A program made the translations under genes and the position numbers. Positions 19,132-28,086 of a stretch of 64,000 nt of DNA are shown piece by piece. Position 1 is the stretch's first letter. Every line of letters begins with the position of its first letter. Source of the DNA: a virus. The notes under the pieces were generated by a model. The model saw only the letters and a program-made list of their open reading frames with translations. It was not told the DNA's origin and searched no databases. The stretch is taken from positions 2,970 to 66,969 of IMG/VR virus record IMGVR_UViG_3300025010_000055, one strand, 5' to 3'.

Positions 19132-19817
19132 CGCCAACACAGCTAATTAGACAAGCTGCACTCAAAACCCCAGCTGTGCCCGTGGCTATGGGTAAAACCA
19201 TAGAGTATGCCGATGTGCCACTAGAAACCGTATCAGATCAAAGGTGCTGGCTATGTGGAGGTAAAACGGGGGGACAAGGACAGTCCATCAAGAAAGCTAT
19301 CAAGCCTACCTTTACTGACAGAGACAAGGCCCGCGTACCGCACAGCAATTCTATTTGCCCTGGTTGTGCTTTCTGCTTGTCATATTCACCGCTTAGGAAT
19401 TACAGCATTTTGGCGACGTTGGACGGCCTGAGACACCCTACAAGGCCGGAAGTCAAAGAATTGCTACTAGACCCACCAGAACCGCCTTTTGTGCTATGTA
19501 TTGCAGTGTCAGGGCAGAAGTGGCTACATTTCCGCTCGAAGGTTGCGTATTCAAGGGATGGGTTCCCGGCGCAGTTGGAGGAAACGCCGATATGTGTAGA
19601 GAGGACACTGCTCCGAGAATGGCTAGAAGCTATTGAACACCTTTATACCGTCTTTACCAAGGAGGAAATAAAGACAGGACACTACAGCCAGAACCGGATC
19701 AAGACTTTTGGCCTGTCAGAATTCCAGTTAGTTGACGGGAAAATATCGGGGGTGAGAGGGACAAGGCTTTTTGATTTAGCCGTCTTTGTTGCTCAGAAAA
19801 GAGAGGAGGAAAAATAG
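19107..19817 (+). CDS. csf1: Type IV CRISPR large subunit Csf1 (Cas8-like); probable CTG start at 19107
   Basis: CWLCGG...FTDRD...ICPGCAFC zinc motif, PPEPPFVLCIAVSGQKWLHF; in-frame upstream extension LTPTQLIRQAA after RBS GGAGGG. Confidence 0.85.
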   Translation: MENKTQILTPTQLIRQAALKTPAVPVAMGKTIEYADVPLETVSDQRCWLCGGKTGGQGQSIKKAIKPTFTDRDKARVPHSNSICPGCAFCLSYSPLRNYSILATLDGLRHPTRPEVKELLLDPPEPPFVLCIAVSGQKWLHFRSKVAYSRDGFPAQLEETPICVERTLLREWLEAIEHLYTVFTKEEIKTGHYSQNRIKTFGLSEFQLVDGKISGVRGTRLFDLAVFVAQKREEEK

Positions 19818-20284
19818 TGCATTACAATTTTGACACGACGGATGAGAACGCCGCCACTGCTGCCTTGATGGTGTACGCCGTTTATCGTAGCAGGGACGTT
19901 AAACGGTTTAAAATCAACCCGGAAATGTGGACAAGAATTGAAAACGCCGTGAAATCAGCTGCAAAGCGCGCCGGGGATCTTGGAGATTTCATTGAAAAAT
20001 TGAAACCAAAGCTGCAGTGCGGAACTATTCACCCGCGATGGGCAAAAACAATTCCCGATGGCATGGTAAGTATGCGTGTAATGCCGGACGGATCGGTTAT
20101 CGAAGTGGCAGACAGCGGAAAGAGGCAGTTCCTTACGGACGTTTTGAATGAAGTAGACCACAAAGCGGTTCTAGATCATCTATATCGAAAAACTGCAATT
20201 ACCGTACTATTAGTCAGAGATAGGCAAGAAAGAGAAAAACCTATTGAAGTAAAATTAGGGGAGGATTTTATAAATGTCGAATAG
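19817..20284 (+). CDS. cas11: Type IV small subunit (Cas11-like)
   Basis: 155 aa helical protein between csf1 and csf2; MWTRIENAVKSAA...FIEKLKPKL...LLVRDRQEREK. Confidence 0.7.
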   Translation: MHYNFDTTDENAATAALMVYAVYRSRDVKRFKINPEMWTRIENAVKSAAKRAGDLGDFIEKLKPKLQCGTIHPRWAKTIPDGMVSMRVMPDGSVIEVADSGKRQFLTDVLNEVDHKAVLDHLYRKTAITVLLVRDRQEREKPIEVKLGEDFINVE

Positions 20285-21257
20285 TATTAGATTAGACGGA
20301 AAAATCACATTATTGTCTCCTTTATCCCATATAGGTGAGTCGAGCGGAATTGACAGTTTTTTGTCAACAGATACCGTTATTGGCATGGATGGCAGACCTC
20401 TGGAAGTATTTACCTATAGCGGCAACGCTTTTCGTGGTCAACTCAGGGATCTTGGTGCCTCATATCTCACGGAAAAACTAGGGAATATTAAGTACAGCCC
20501 GGAGCTGTTTTACCTGCTGTTTTCTGGTGGTTCGCTTGGTGGTGCTCAGTCGGTGGACATTGACCAGGCCCGTATGTATCGCAGAAACATTCCGCTGTTA
20601 TCCGTGTTTGGCGGTGGCGTAGGAAATCAGATCCTAACTGGGAAAATAAAAGTTGGGGCTATGTACCCGCTCACGGAAGAATGTCAAAGGATCATCCCGG
20701 AACACCTCAGAGACGAAAATGCGCCAAGCTGGAAGCAATGGACGTTCGACAAGAGCTTTACCCGTATGGACGATGCGAAGAACGAGAATATGAGAAAATA
20801 CCTAACAGGTAGCGAAACAGACGGACTTGCTATAGCCGGACAAGTTGAAGCCGACAGCAAGAAAAAGAAGAAGGAAGATCCCCCGCAGCAAATGCGTTAC
20901 ACGGTGGAAATGCTGGCTGCCGGTGCGGTGATGTATCAGCGGATTGATTTATGCGATTTGTCCGATTTGGAGCTTGGAGCTTTTGTGTCAGCATTAACAA
21001 AATTGTCAGAACATGCCTATATTGGGGGAAAATCAGGTACGGGTCATGGACTTGTAGATATAGAATATACATGGAGAAAAGCCGGTCAAAAAGATTCGGA
21101 AGGTACTTTTTTGAAGATTTCCTCTGACTGTTTGTGGCTGTCGGAACCAGCGGAAGAAGCCAAGAAAACCTATGATCAGTTTTTGGTTGCGTTATACGAT
21201 CGTTATTTGGAGGACAACGCTCCTGAACTGACCAAGTTGTTGACTGGGGGAAAATAA
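20274..21257 (+). CDS. csf2: Type IV backbone protein Csf2 (Cas7 family)
   Basis: ITLLSPLSH, YSGNAFRGQLRD, LFSGGSL, PLLSVFGG, FTRMDD, IGGKSGTGHG RAMP motifs. Confidence 0.92.
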   Translation: MSNSIRLDGKITLLSPLSHIGESSGIDSFLSTDTVIGMDGRPLEVFTYSGNAFRGQLRDLGASYLTEKLGNIKYSPELFYLLFSGGSLGGAQSVDIDQARMYRRNIPLLSVFGGGVGNQILTGKIKVGAMYPLTEECQRIIPEHLRDENAPSWKQWTFDKSFTRMDDAKNENMRKYLTGSETDGLAIAGQVEADSKKKKKEDPPQQMRYTVEMLAAGAVMYQRIDLCDLSDLELGAFVSALTKLSEHAYIGGKSGTGHGLVDIEYTWRKAGQKDSEGTFLKISSDCLWLSEPAEEAKKTYDQFLVALYDRYLEDNAPELTKLLTGGK

Positions 21258-21947
21258 ATGCAGCCTTTGAAAATTACTGCAGTTTTGCAAGACGGCAGAA
21301 TAGCGGGAGTAGATCCATATTTTCCTTTAGATTCCATCATGGCAGCCGAATGGATGCGGAGAAACCATCCTGAAGCATATTACAATGCCAGTAGTCACCT
21401 GTTGACCAATGACATGATCATACCGGATCTGCCGCTGGAGCGTATTGGAGGCGGTGAGGATTGGTACTTTGCTTGTAGCTTCAATACGATCCCGCCAATC
21501 TCTGAATATGTCATGCACTGGCACAAGAGGTTTGACGATCAGCTTGAGCAGCATATCGACTTTGCGGGTAAGCGGGGCAAGGTGGACATTAAATCAGGCA
21601 AAAACAAGGCATACAGGATGCCTTTGGTGGTGCAGTTATTCGATAGGCTAGAATGGTTTGCTGTGGGTGATTTAGAGGCAGTACAGGATTTAGTCTTAGG
21701 CATTACCCACTTAGGAAAGAAAAGTAGCCAGGGGCTTGGAGCGGTAAATTATTGGACTGTTGAGGAATGGCCGGAGGATTGGAGCTTTGTCAGGGACGGT
21801 AAGCTGACCAGGGCCATACCGATCGGTCATGGATTTCCCGTTGGAGTGCAGGTAGCAAAGATGGCTTTGTACGGCATCAGGTCGCCTTACTGGCACACAG
21901 AAAATCAGATGGTTTGCATGATGCCGGAGGTGTTGCAACGTGATTAA
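21258..21947 (+). CDS. csf3: Type IV Csf3 (Cas5 family)
   Basis: PLKITAVL, PLDSIMAA, LPLE, SGKNKAYRMP, LGKKSSQGLGAV G-loop, R.PYW. Confidence 0.88.
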   Translation: MQPLKITAVLQDGRIAGVDPYFPLDSIMAAEWMRRNHPEAYYNASSHLLTNDMIIPDLPLERIGGGEDWYFACSFNTIPPISEYVMHWHKRFDDQLEQHIDFAGKRGKVDIKSGKNKAYRMPLVVQLFDRLEWFAVGDLEAVQDLVLGITHLGKKSSQGLGAVNYWTVEEWPEDWSFVRDGKLTRAIPIGHGFPVGVQVAKMALYGIRSPYWHTENQMVCMMPEVLQRD

Positions 21948-22593
21948 AATAGCTTTGCCCGTCGAATTTAACGACGGCAAACAACTGCATGACGCTACCT
22001 TAAAGCTTATAAGCATGGTATCACCGGCAATAGCAAAAATTATTCACTCAGATCATAATTATAAGCCATTTAGCGTACAATTGCCGAACATTGTTAATAT
22101 CCTTGATCCCGCTTTGGAATCTGTCGCTAATAGTTTTACAAACGTCAAGATACTAAAGCAGTTAAGTTTTGCGGAGTGCTTCGGCGGGGAGCCGGACAAG
22201 TTTCTCAATCTTATATTTAGCCGAACGCTTTTCAGGCATCCAGGTGCAAGCTATCCACTGCCGGATCCGTGGAATGTTATTACCTCTTGGAAAAATCGCT
22301 GGAATAGCATTTCACCCATAAAAGTAACCATTTCCTTACCGATAGCACAAGATCGTAAAAGTGCTCGGGTAGAAATACAGTATATGAAGATTGACACGGC
22401 TAAGATTCAAATTGCAGATTATCGGCCGGTTATTACTTTTAGTGGTCCTGTAAAAATAAAATGGCTCGGTGACGAAAAGGAGCTTCGAGAGCTTTGCGCT
22501 CTGGCCAAATTTGCAGAGTTTGCGGGAACTGGTTCAAAGACTACAATGGGGTGCGGGGTGACTAGCATTGCAGGATTGGCGGGAACTATATAG
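21940..22593 (+). CDS. cas6: Cas6-family endoribonuclease
   Basis: KPFS, PLPDPWNVITSWKNRWN, C-terminal G-rich loop FAEFAGTGSKTTMGCG. Confidence 0.85.
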   Translation: MIKIALPVEFNDGKQLHDATLKLISMVSPAIAKIIHSDHNYKPFSVQLPNIVNILDPALESVANSFTNVKILKQLSFAECFGGEPDKFLNLIFSRTLFRHPGASYPLPDPWNVITSWKNRWNSISPIKVTISLPIAQDRKSARVEIQYMKIDTAKIQIADYRPVITFSGPVKIKWLGDEKELRELCALAKFAEFAGTGSKTTMGCGVTSIAGLAGTI

Positions 22594-23335
22594 ACTGCAC
22601 GCAAAACTGCCAGCGTTCAGGAAACGGCTAGAAAAAACAAAAGCTATCATTTCCGAAGCGTTGCAGTCTATTTCAAAGCCCTACGTTGCAGTCTCCTTTG
22701 GGAAAGACTCTATTGTTCTGACACATCTACTTATTCAGCAGAAAAAAGATATTCCGATAGTCTGGTCAGACCGTGGCCCGGAAGCTGAACTGCCGGAAAC
22801 TTACCCGTACATAGAAAAAATAAAAGCTATGCACGGGATAAACCTGCAGGTTATTTATCCGTCAATGTCGATGTTTGAAATATACAGAAGGTACGGACTG
22901 CCTGAGATAGACGATGGAGTTACAAGGTCTATCGTGAAAGAGGTAAATCTTGTCCTTGCTTTCGCTGAATATGTTCGGATAAACGACATTGACGGGTATT
23001 TTCAAGGACTCAGAGCCGAGGAGAGCAACGGCCGGAGATGGTACGCCAAGAAATACGGACATATCCACTACAGAAAAAGGGACAATCTGATTGTCTGCAA
23101 CCCACTCCTGCACTGGTCAGCAAGGGACATTTGGGGGTATATTGTTAGTCATGACATACCCCACCATCCCGAATATGACAACGAAAGATTTAAAAACCGT
23201 GAAATGATACGGCTGAGCAATTGGAGCGGTCTATATTGGGCGCAAAACGGCAGGATGGCAGAGCTAAGATACTACCATCCTGAGCTTTATCGGCAGTTAG
23301 TTAATGAATTTCCGGAGGTAAAAACATTTGTATAA
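22568..23335 (+). CDS. cysH: PAPS-reductase/CysH-like PP-loop protein
   Basis: YVAVSFGKDS PP-loop, GLRAEESNGR, NPLLHWSARDIWGYI..HDIPHHPEYD. Confidence 0.85.
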   Translation: MQDWRELYRLHAKLPAFRKRLEKTKAIISEALQSISKPYVAVSFGKDSIVLTHLLIQQKKDIPIVWSDRGPEAELPETYPYIEKIKAMHGINLQVIYPSMSMFEIYRRYGLPEIDDGVTRSIVKEVNLVLAFAEYVRINDIDGYFQGLRAEESNGRRWYAKKYGHIHYRKRDNLIVCNPLLHWSARDIWGYIVSHDIPHHPEYDNERFKNREMIRLSNWSGLYWAQNGRMAELRYYHPELYRQLVNEFPEVKTFV

Positions 23336-24257
23336 TTTTTTGTACGGCAATCTAAGGCTAGGGAACTTCCAAAAAGGGATCACGTTGGCCGCGTCCTGGG
23401 CATGGGGAGTTTCTATTATAGTAGGGATGCAAATATTCCAGACAAAGGGTATTGAGTCGTTTGCGATTTGGGCAGCGGCAAACTCCCTTACTTTAGCACT
23501 GTTGGGATGGATATTTACAAAGGTACCTGCAGAAGTGTCAATGCTGTCGGAGCTTATGCCTGCATGGGGCATACCAATATATTCAGCACTCACTTATGCT
23601 ATTCAGTTTTTTTCTGTGCTGGTGAACATAACGGCAATAAAAACAGCGTTTAAGATGCTTGGTTTTGTGGATTATTGGCCCGTGTTCGTTGCCCTGGTAT
23701 TTGCTGGTGTCTTTCTGTGGGGTTTTAGTCATGCGGTTAAGGGGAATATAGTCAAATACTCTTTATGGATGGCTTTGCTTTTATATGTTTTGTGGGTGCC
23801 AGCGCAGGTTAGGCTTATCCAATCAACTACTGCTGACATAAATTTTGCACTGTACGGGGCTTTGATCCTGTTTTGTGCTCCAGTCCTTGATCAGCAGATG
23901 TGGCAACGTAGGAAGGCTTTTGGCGCTGGGATAAAGCCTTTCCTGTGGGCTAGTGGACTGTTTGCGCTTTACATGGTTATGGTAGGTCTGGCAGCTGCTG
24001 TTGGTGTCGGTGGTTATACTGTATCTTTGGTGATACTTCTGGTGGCCGGATCTACTCTGGCAAGTGCCTTGTCTGCTATATCTTGCTATCACAAAACAAA
24101 AAATAGTGCCAGGGTGGGTATGGTGTTAGTATTTTTTTTGGCTGCAACTTGCACTATTTTTAACCTGTCAGTCATTCAAATTTGGGTACTATACGGATCC
24201 CTGAGAATACCGTTTGCTTTGTTTGCTTTCTATAGAATACTTTCCAGGAAGTCTTAG
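23328..24257 (+). CDS. Multi-pass membrane protein resembling a shortened sodium:solute symporter
   Basis: About 10 hydrophobic segments; ITLAASWAWG and LDQQMWQR resemble SSS TM and DQxxxQR motifs; overlaps the cysH stop. Confidence 0.6.
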   Translation: MYNFLYGNLRLGNFQKGITLAASWAWGVSIIVGMQIFQTKGIESFAIWAAANSLTLALLGWIFTKVPAEVSMLSELMPAWGIPIYSALTYAIQFFSVLVNITAIKTAFKMLGFVDYWPVFVALVFAGVFLWGFSHAVKGNIVKYSLWMALLLYVLWVPAQVRLIQSTTADINFALYGALILFCAPVLDQQMWQRRKAFGAGIKPFLWASGLFALYMVMVGLAAAVGVGGYTVSLVILLVAGSTLASALSAISCYHKTKNSARVGMVLVFFLAATCTIFNLSVIQIWVLYGSLRIPFALFAFYRILSRKS

Positions 24258-24286
24258 CCTCCATCTACGGAGGCTTTTTTATTTTT
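24256..24286 (+). terminator. Terminator closing the type IV operon
   Basis: AGCCTCC-ATCTAC-GGAGGCT followed by a T-run. Confidence 0.85.
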
Positions 24287-24382
24287 CAGATTGTCAAATA
24301 TATTTTCAAAAGAATTTTCACGGAAAGCCTGAAAGCCTTGATTTTGCTAGGTTTTTTATTTTTAAAAACTATTGAAAAAGAG

Positions 24383-24411
24383 TTGACACGATTTCGAGAC
24401 TGTGGTAATAT
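24383..24411 (+). promoter_or_regulatory. Strong sigmaA promoter, cassette 1
   Basis: TTGACA-17 bp-TAATAT with extended TG and an A/T-rich UP element. Confidence 0.8.
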
Positions 24412-24476
24412 GTATTCAACGGAACGATAGCAGGACAGAAAATAAACGGCCACAGAGCCGAGAGGAGATAAATATT

Positions 24477-24983
24477 ATGACAAAGAAAATCAATTGGGTA
24501 GAAATTTTAGAGCAGAACGAAGAGGCCATTTTGGAGGCAGGACGCCAGGCTTACAGAAACTCTTGCCTAAGCAGTTACGACAACAGCTTCAGCAGCACGG
24601 AAGACGTTGTTATCGACAAGGACGGGGGCATCCGCACAGAGACACAACAGCAGAACTGGCAGAGCATGGACACCTACCACGGCAACGCGATTTGTGTTAT
24701 CAGCTTCAAGAGGTTTTATGTTTGGGAGAACGTGGAAGAAGAAACCGAGATTAAAACTATGTTGGAACCTTCTGAGCTAGAAGAATTCCAAGCCTACCTA
24801 GACGAGAACGAGATAACAAGTTGGGGTATAAGTACAGTACGCGATTGGAATTCAGCTATTGCCGATAGACTTGACAGCGAAATGGGGCAATACGATTATG
24901 ATGCGTATGTCGAGGAGCAGGTTGCTAGTCAGTACGAGCAATGCCTTGAGCGCACCAAAGCCGAAGCTGAATTTTCCGAATAG
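24477..24983 (+). CDS. Very acidic hypothetical protein
   Basis: ATG at 24477 after GAGGAG; D/E-rich; first gene behind the strong promoter. Confidence 0.7.
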   Translation: MTKKINWVEILEQNEEAILEAGRQAYRNSCLSSYDNSFSSTEDVVIDKDGGIRTETQQQNWQSMDTYHGNAICVISFKRFYVWENVEEETEIKTMLEPSELEEFQAYLDENEITSWGISTVRDWNSAIADRLDSEMGQYDYDAYVEEQVASQYEQCLERTKAEAEFSE

Positions 24984-25067
24984 TCCGCTAGGTACAGTCC
25001 CGTGCAGGCCGGGACCGGGGAGAAATCCCCGCTAAGCTTAAGGAGTAAATTAAAGGAGGAATTTTAG

Positions 25068-25232
25068 ATGGAAAAACAACTAGAAGCGGACAGGATAGTT
25101 AGTTTTCTGTCCTGGGAAGACTACCTCCGATTTAGCGCCGCTATCAGCGGTCCCGTGTCTTTAGAGGCGTTCGCTTGGTGGTCGCCGAAACTGTTTGAGC
25201 AGTACCGTGAATGGTACGCCAAAAACGCTTAG
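25068..25232 (+). CDS. Small hypothetical protein (not in ORF track)
   Basis: AAGGAGG RBS; MEKQLEADRIVSFLSWEDYLRF..., 54 aa. Confidence 0.6.
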   Translation: MEKQLEADRIVSFLSWEDYLRFSAAISGPVSLEAFAWWSPKLFEQYREWYAKNA

Positions 25233-25295
25233 TTTATCAGGCTTGGGGCCAGCCGAAAAAACCCCGCCAGGAAAATAAATTGAGGAGGGGTTAGG

Positions 25296-25637
25296 ATGGC
25301 AATATACTACCATCATGACAATTCTGGAGGCTTTAATCCCCAAGTAGTCAAGGAGTTGTTTTATGGGGATAAGAAAAACATATCTCTTACGCTCTCTATT
25401 ACACCTGAAATGCTGGTTATACGGTCATACGACCACGTTCTAGGGATTGGCATGGCAAAATCAGTTCTGCAGCAGAACTGGGAACGCAAACACTGCTGGG
25501 AAAACATTTCAGCAGACAAGTTTCTCCCCGGAGAGATGTTCTTCTCCTTCGGTGCTGGTCACGCTGAACGCACCGAAGAGTTCTGGGGGAAAGGAGGGTT
25601 CCTGAGACTAGAATCAACAGGGCCTCATTCAGCTTAG
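25296..25637 (+). CDS. Hypothetical protein
   Basis: RBS GAGGAGG; ORF track. Confidence 0.6.
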   Translation: MAIYYHHDNSGGFNPQVVKELFYGDKKNISLTLSITPEMLVIRSYDHVLGIGMAKSVLQQNWERKHCWENISADKFLPGEMFFSFGAGHAERTEEFWGKGGFLRLESTGPHSA

Positions 25638-25696
25638 TCCTTCGCGGTGCCCGGCTAGTCCGGGTAGTGTGAAAGATTATGAAGGGAGGAAACACA

Positions 25697-25990
25697 ATGG
25701 AACTAAGAGGTTATCCGAGCGAACACGTTATAGGTATTTACACCCAACCGCCAAGCGACAAGTCACTGCTTGCAAAAGCAAGACTGTACCTGCAAAAGCA
25801 GGAGGACAGGGAAAAGTCGCTGGAAGAAAAGCTGGATGAAGTTGTTAATCGCTTCGGAAGTGCAGACTTCGAGGCGCAGCGCATTAGAAAACAGTTGTCG
25901 GATATCGACAACGAAGCACACTACTTCGATGCGCACGGTCAGAAAGTTTGTGCCTTCCGAATTGACTTCGGAAAAGTTAGCAGGGTTTAA
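25697..25990 (+). CDS. Hypothetical protein
   Basis: RBS GGGAGG before ATG (MELRGYPSEH). Confidence 0.6.
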   Translation: MELRGYPSEHVIGIYTQPPSDKSLLAKARLYLQKQEDREKSLEEKLDEVVNRFGSADFEAQRIRKQLSDIDNEAHYFDAHGQKVCAFRIDFGKVSRV

Positions 25991-26048
25991 GCCCCTGCCG
26001 AGCGTCCAAGAGGGCGTTGGGTAGAGGATTGAAAACTAAGGAGGAGTT

Positions 26049-26675
26049 TTGATGCAATATAATGTAACCTGCGGTTTTATGCCGCACGAGGAACAATGTA
26101 ACCGTAACGGGCAGTGCGAAGGTTGCGAGTATGCCGAACCTGTGAAACCTGCCGAAAAGTACGCCTGCCCGTTATGCGGCGAAGTCCTGCATGACGAGGT
26201 GGGAGCGCCTAACTTCTACTGTGGGAAATGTCAGAATTTTGTGGAGGGGGTAAGGTCGTGAAACCACTAGAATGTCGCACGCTAGTTAGTATGGGCGCAC
26301 CTACTCAAATTGTACCGTCTTGTGTTTGCGCTATGTCAACCGACTGCCCAGGCCTTTGCGCTCAACCGGAATTTCGCGGCTGGTTGGGCGGTTACTGTCC
26401 GGAACTCTGCCCTTGGAAGAAAGGGCACTTAGACAAGGAGGCGAAAAACAATGATTAAGGTTGCTATCCTGACCGGACCGTTCGGCCACAAAACCCTTTT
26501 CCTTGGCAAAGATGCCGAGGACATGATCGCCTCCCACAAGGGCGACGACGAAAACGGCACCCTTGAAATTAGCGAGGTTCACGACACTGCCGGAAGTTTA
26601 GTAGTCAGACTCAACCAGTCCGAGGTTATTGCCTCAAATACTCGCATTTGCAATATACCGAACTGCGGAGTTTAG
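26049..26675 (+). CDS. Three overlapping small genes (26049-26261, about 26258-26458, 26451-26675); the first two are Cys-rich
   Basis: Each has an RBS; CxxC motifs; translational coupling. Confidence 0.55.
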
Positions 26676-26743
26676 TTTCTTGTAACTGCTCACGTCGCAT
26701 GTGGGCAGTGGTGGAAGGATTAAATTAAAAGGGGGATTTAAAA

Positions 26744-27817
26744 ATGACACAAAGAGTACAAAACATTTACTTAGTACCGACCAAGGAATTAGCGCAAAAC
26801 TTGCCGTTCGTTCCGGAAAGTTCCAGAGAATCAGCAGGAACGGCACATATTATGCCGCACTGCTGCATCGAAACAGAATACGGAGATTGGGCATTAGAGG
26901 GAACCATTTATACCGCAAACCACCACTTACCGAAGTACGCCGGGATGCCTGCGCCTTGCAATGTTGAACTGCCGTATAGGTATCACCTGACATTGCCGAT
27001 GGGGGTAAATATTATCGTATCTCATATAGACCTGGATACCGTTTTGGGAGTCATGGGACTCATGGGCGAATGGTATTTTGTGCCCAAGAAGTTCCGCGAG
27101 GTTGCCGAGTTTATCGACTTGAACGGACCGCACCATATTCACAAGTTTGACCAGGAAACACAGGATTTATTTAACGCTTATTGGGCATGGAACGCATTAC
27201 CGGAAAACCGCGCACCGAGGGCAACGGAGATTACCGACGTTACCGGGGTTATCTTTAAGTATATCCAGTTCTTCGAGTTACTGTTTGACCTGTACGCTCA
27301 CAACTCACCGCCGCTAATTGAAGCAGGGCGCGAATGGGCAGCGAATATCCAGCGCGAAACAGAATCAAAGTTACTCATGGAAACAGAAAACTACCGTGTT
27401 TTCAGCACTGATGGCGTTTTCTGTGGAGCAAGTTATTATTCTCCAACCCACCGCACGATTGCCAAAGTTTGCATTAGTTTCAACGAAAAATTCAAGGCGA
27501 TCACGGTTTCCTGCTCAGATGGATCGCTAGACTGCCGCGCACTGGTACAGTCACTTTGGGGACCGGAGGCAGGGGGACATAAGGGGATCGCCGGAAGTCC
27601 TCGCGGCATGAGTATGGGCGAAACAGAACTGAAGCGCGCTGTCCATACCGTTAAGCGTGCAATACTCAAACCTAAAGTATACGCCTGCATGGAATATACG
27701 GGCGAATGTTACTATGACTGGCAATGCTACCCCTTATGCCCAGCACTCAAAAAGTGCGTTGAAGGTGTGCTAGAGTGGGGTAATATTGTTACTGTCGATC
27801 AGGTTGATTGGGAGTAA
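26744..27817 (+). CDS. DHH/DHHA1-like phosphoesterase-fold protein with a Cys-rich C-terminus
   Basis: NHH, SHIDLD and GGH..IAG motifs. Confidence 0.55.
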   Translation: MTQRVQNIYLVPTKELAQNLPFVPESSRESAGTAHIMPHCCIETEYGDWALEGTIYTANHHLPKYAGMPAPCNVELPYRYHLTLPMGVNIIVSHIDLDTVLGVMGLMGEWYFVPKKFREVAEFIDLNGPHHIHKFDQETQDLFNAYWAWNALPENRAPRATEITDVTGVIFKYIQFFELLFDLYAHNSPPLIEAGREWAANIQRETESKLLMETENYRVFSTDGVFCGASYYSPTHRTIAKVCISFNEKFKAITVSCSDGSLDCRALVQSLWGPEAGGHKGIAGSPRGMSMGETELKRAVHTVKRAILKPKVYACMEYTGECYYDWQCYPLCPALKKCVEGVLEWGNIVTVDQVDWE

Positions 27818-27863
27818 TCAAAACGGTTCGGGGTGAACCTTAAACCCCTAGGGAGGAATAAAG

Positions 27864-28058
27864 ATGAACGCTATTGACAGAGAAAAAGCAAGAAAACAGC
27901 AAGCAAACTACTGTCACCCAACCCAGGGAACCTGCCAAAAATACAGCGGTGAGGAAATATCCCGCTGTATCGAAAAGGCAAAAGGTAGGCAAATAGGTAC
28001 CGGAAACACCTGGAACTGTAAGTGTCCGTATTCGGACGCACAGGATTCTTTCATGTAG
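27864..28058 (+). CDS. Small Cys-rich hypothetical protein
   Basis: RBS GGGAGG; ORF track. Confidence 0.55.
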   Translation: MNAIDREKARKQQANYCHPTQGTCQKYSGEEISRCIEKAKGRQIGTGNTWNCKCPYSDAQDSFM

Positions 28059-28086
28059 TTAAGACGTACAATTAGGAGGCGTAGAG

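Noticed and set aside
18806-24480. CRISPR array adjacent to the type IV genes
   Set aside because: The flanks contain only terminators, a promoter and an RHH ORF; I saw no regularly spaced repeats
24984-28080. Intergenic hairpins as a dispersed CRISPR-like repeat family
   Set aside because: The stems share no clear primary sequence; ordinary mRNA stability or processing hairpins are a simpler explanation
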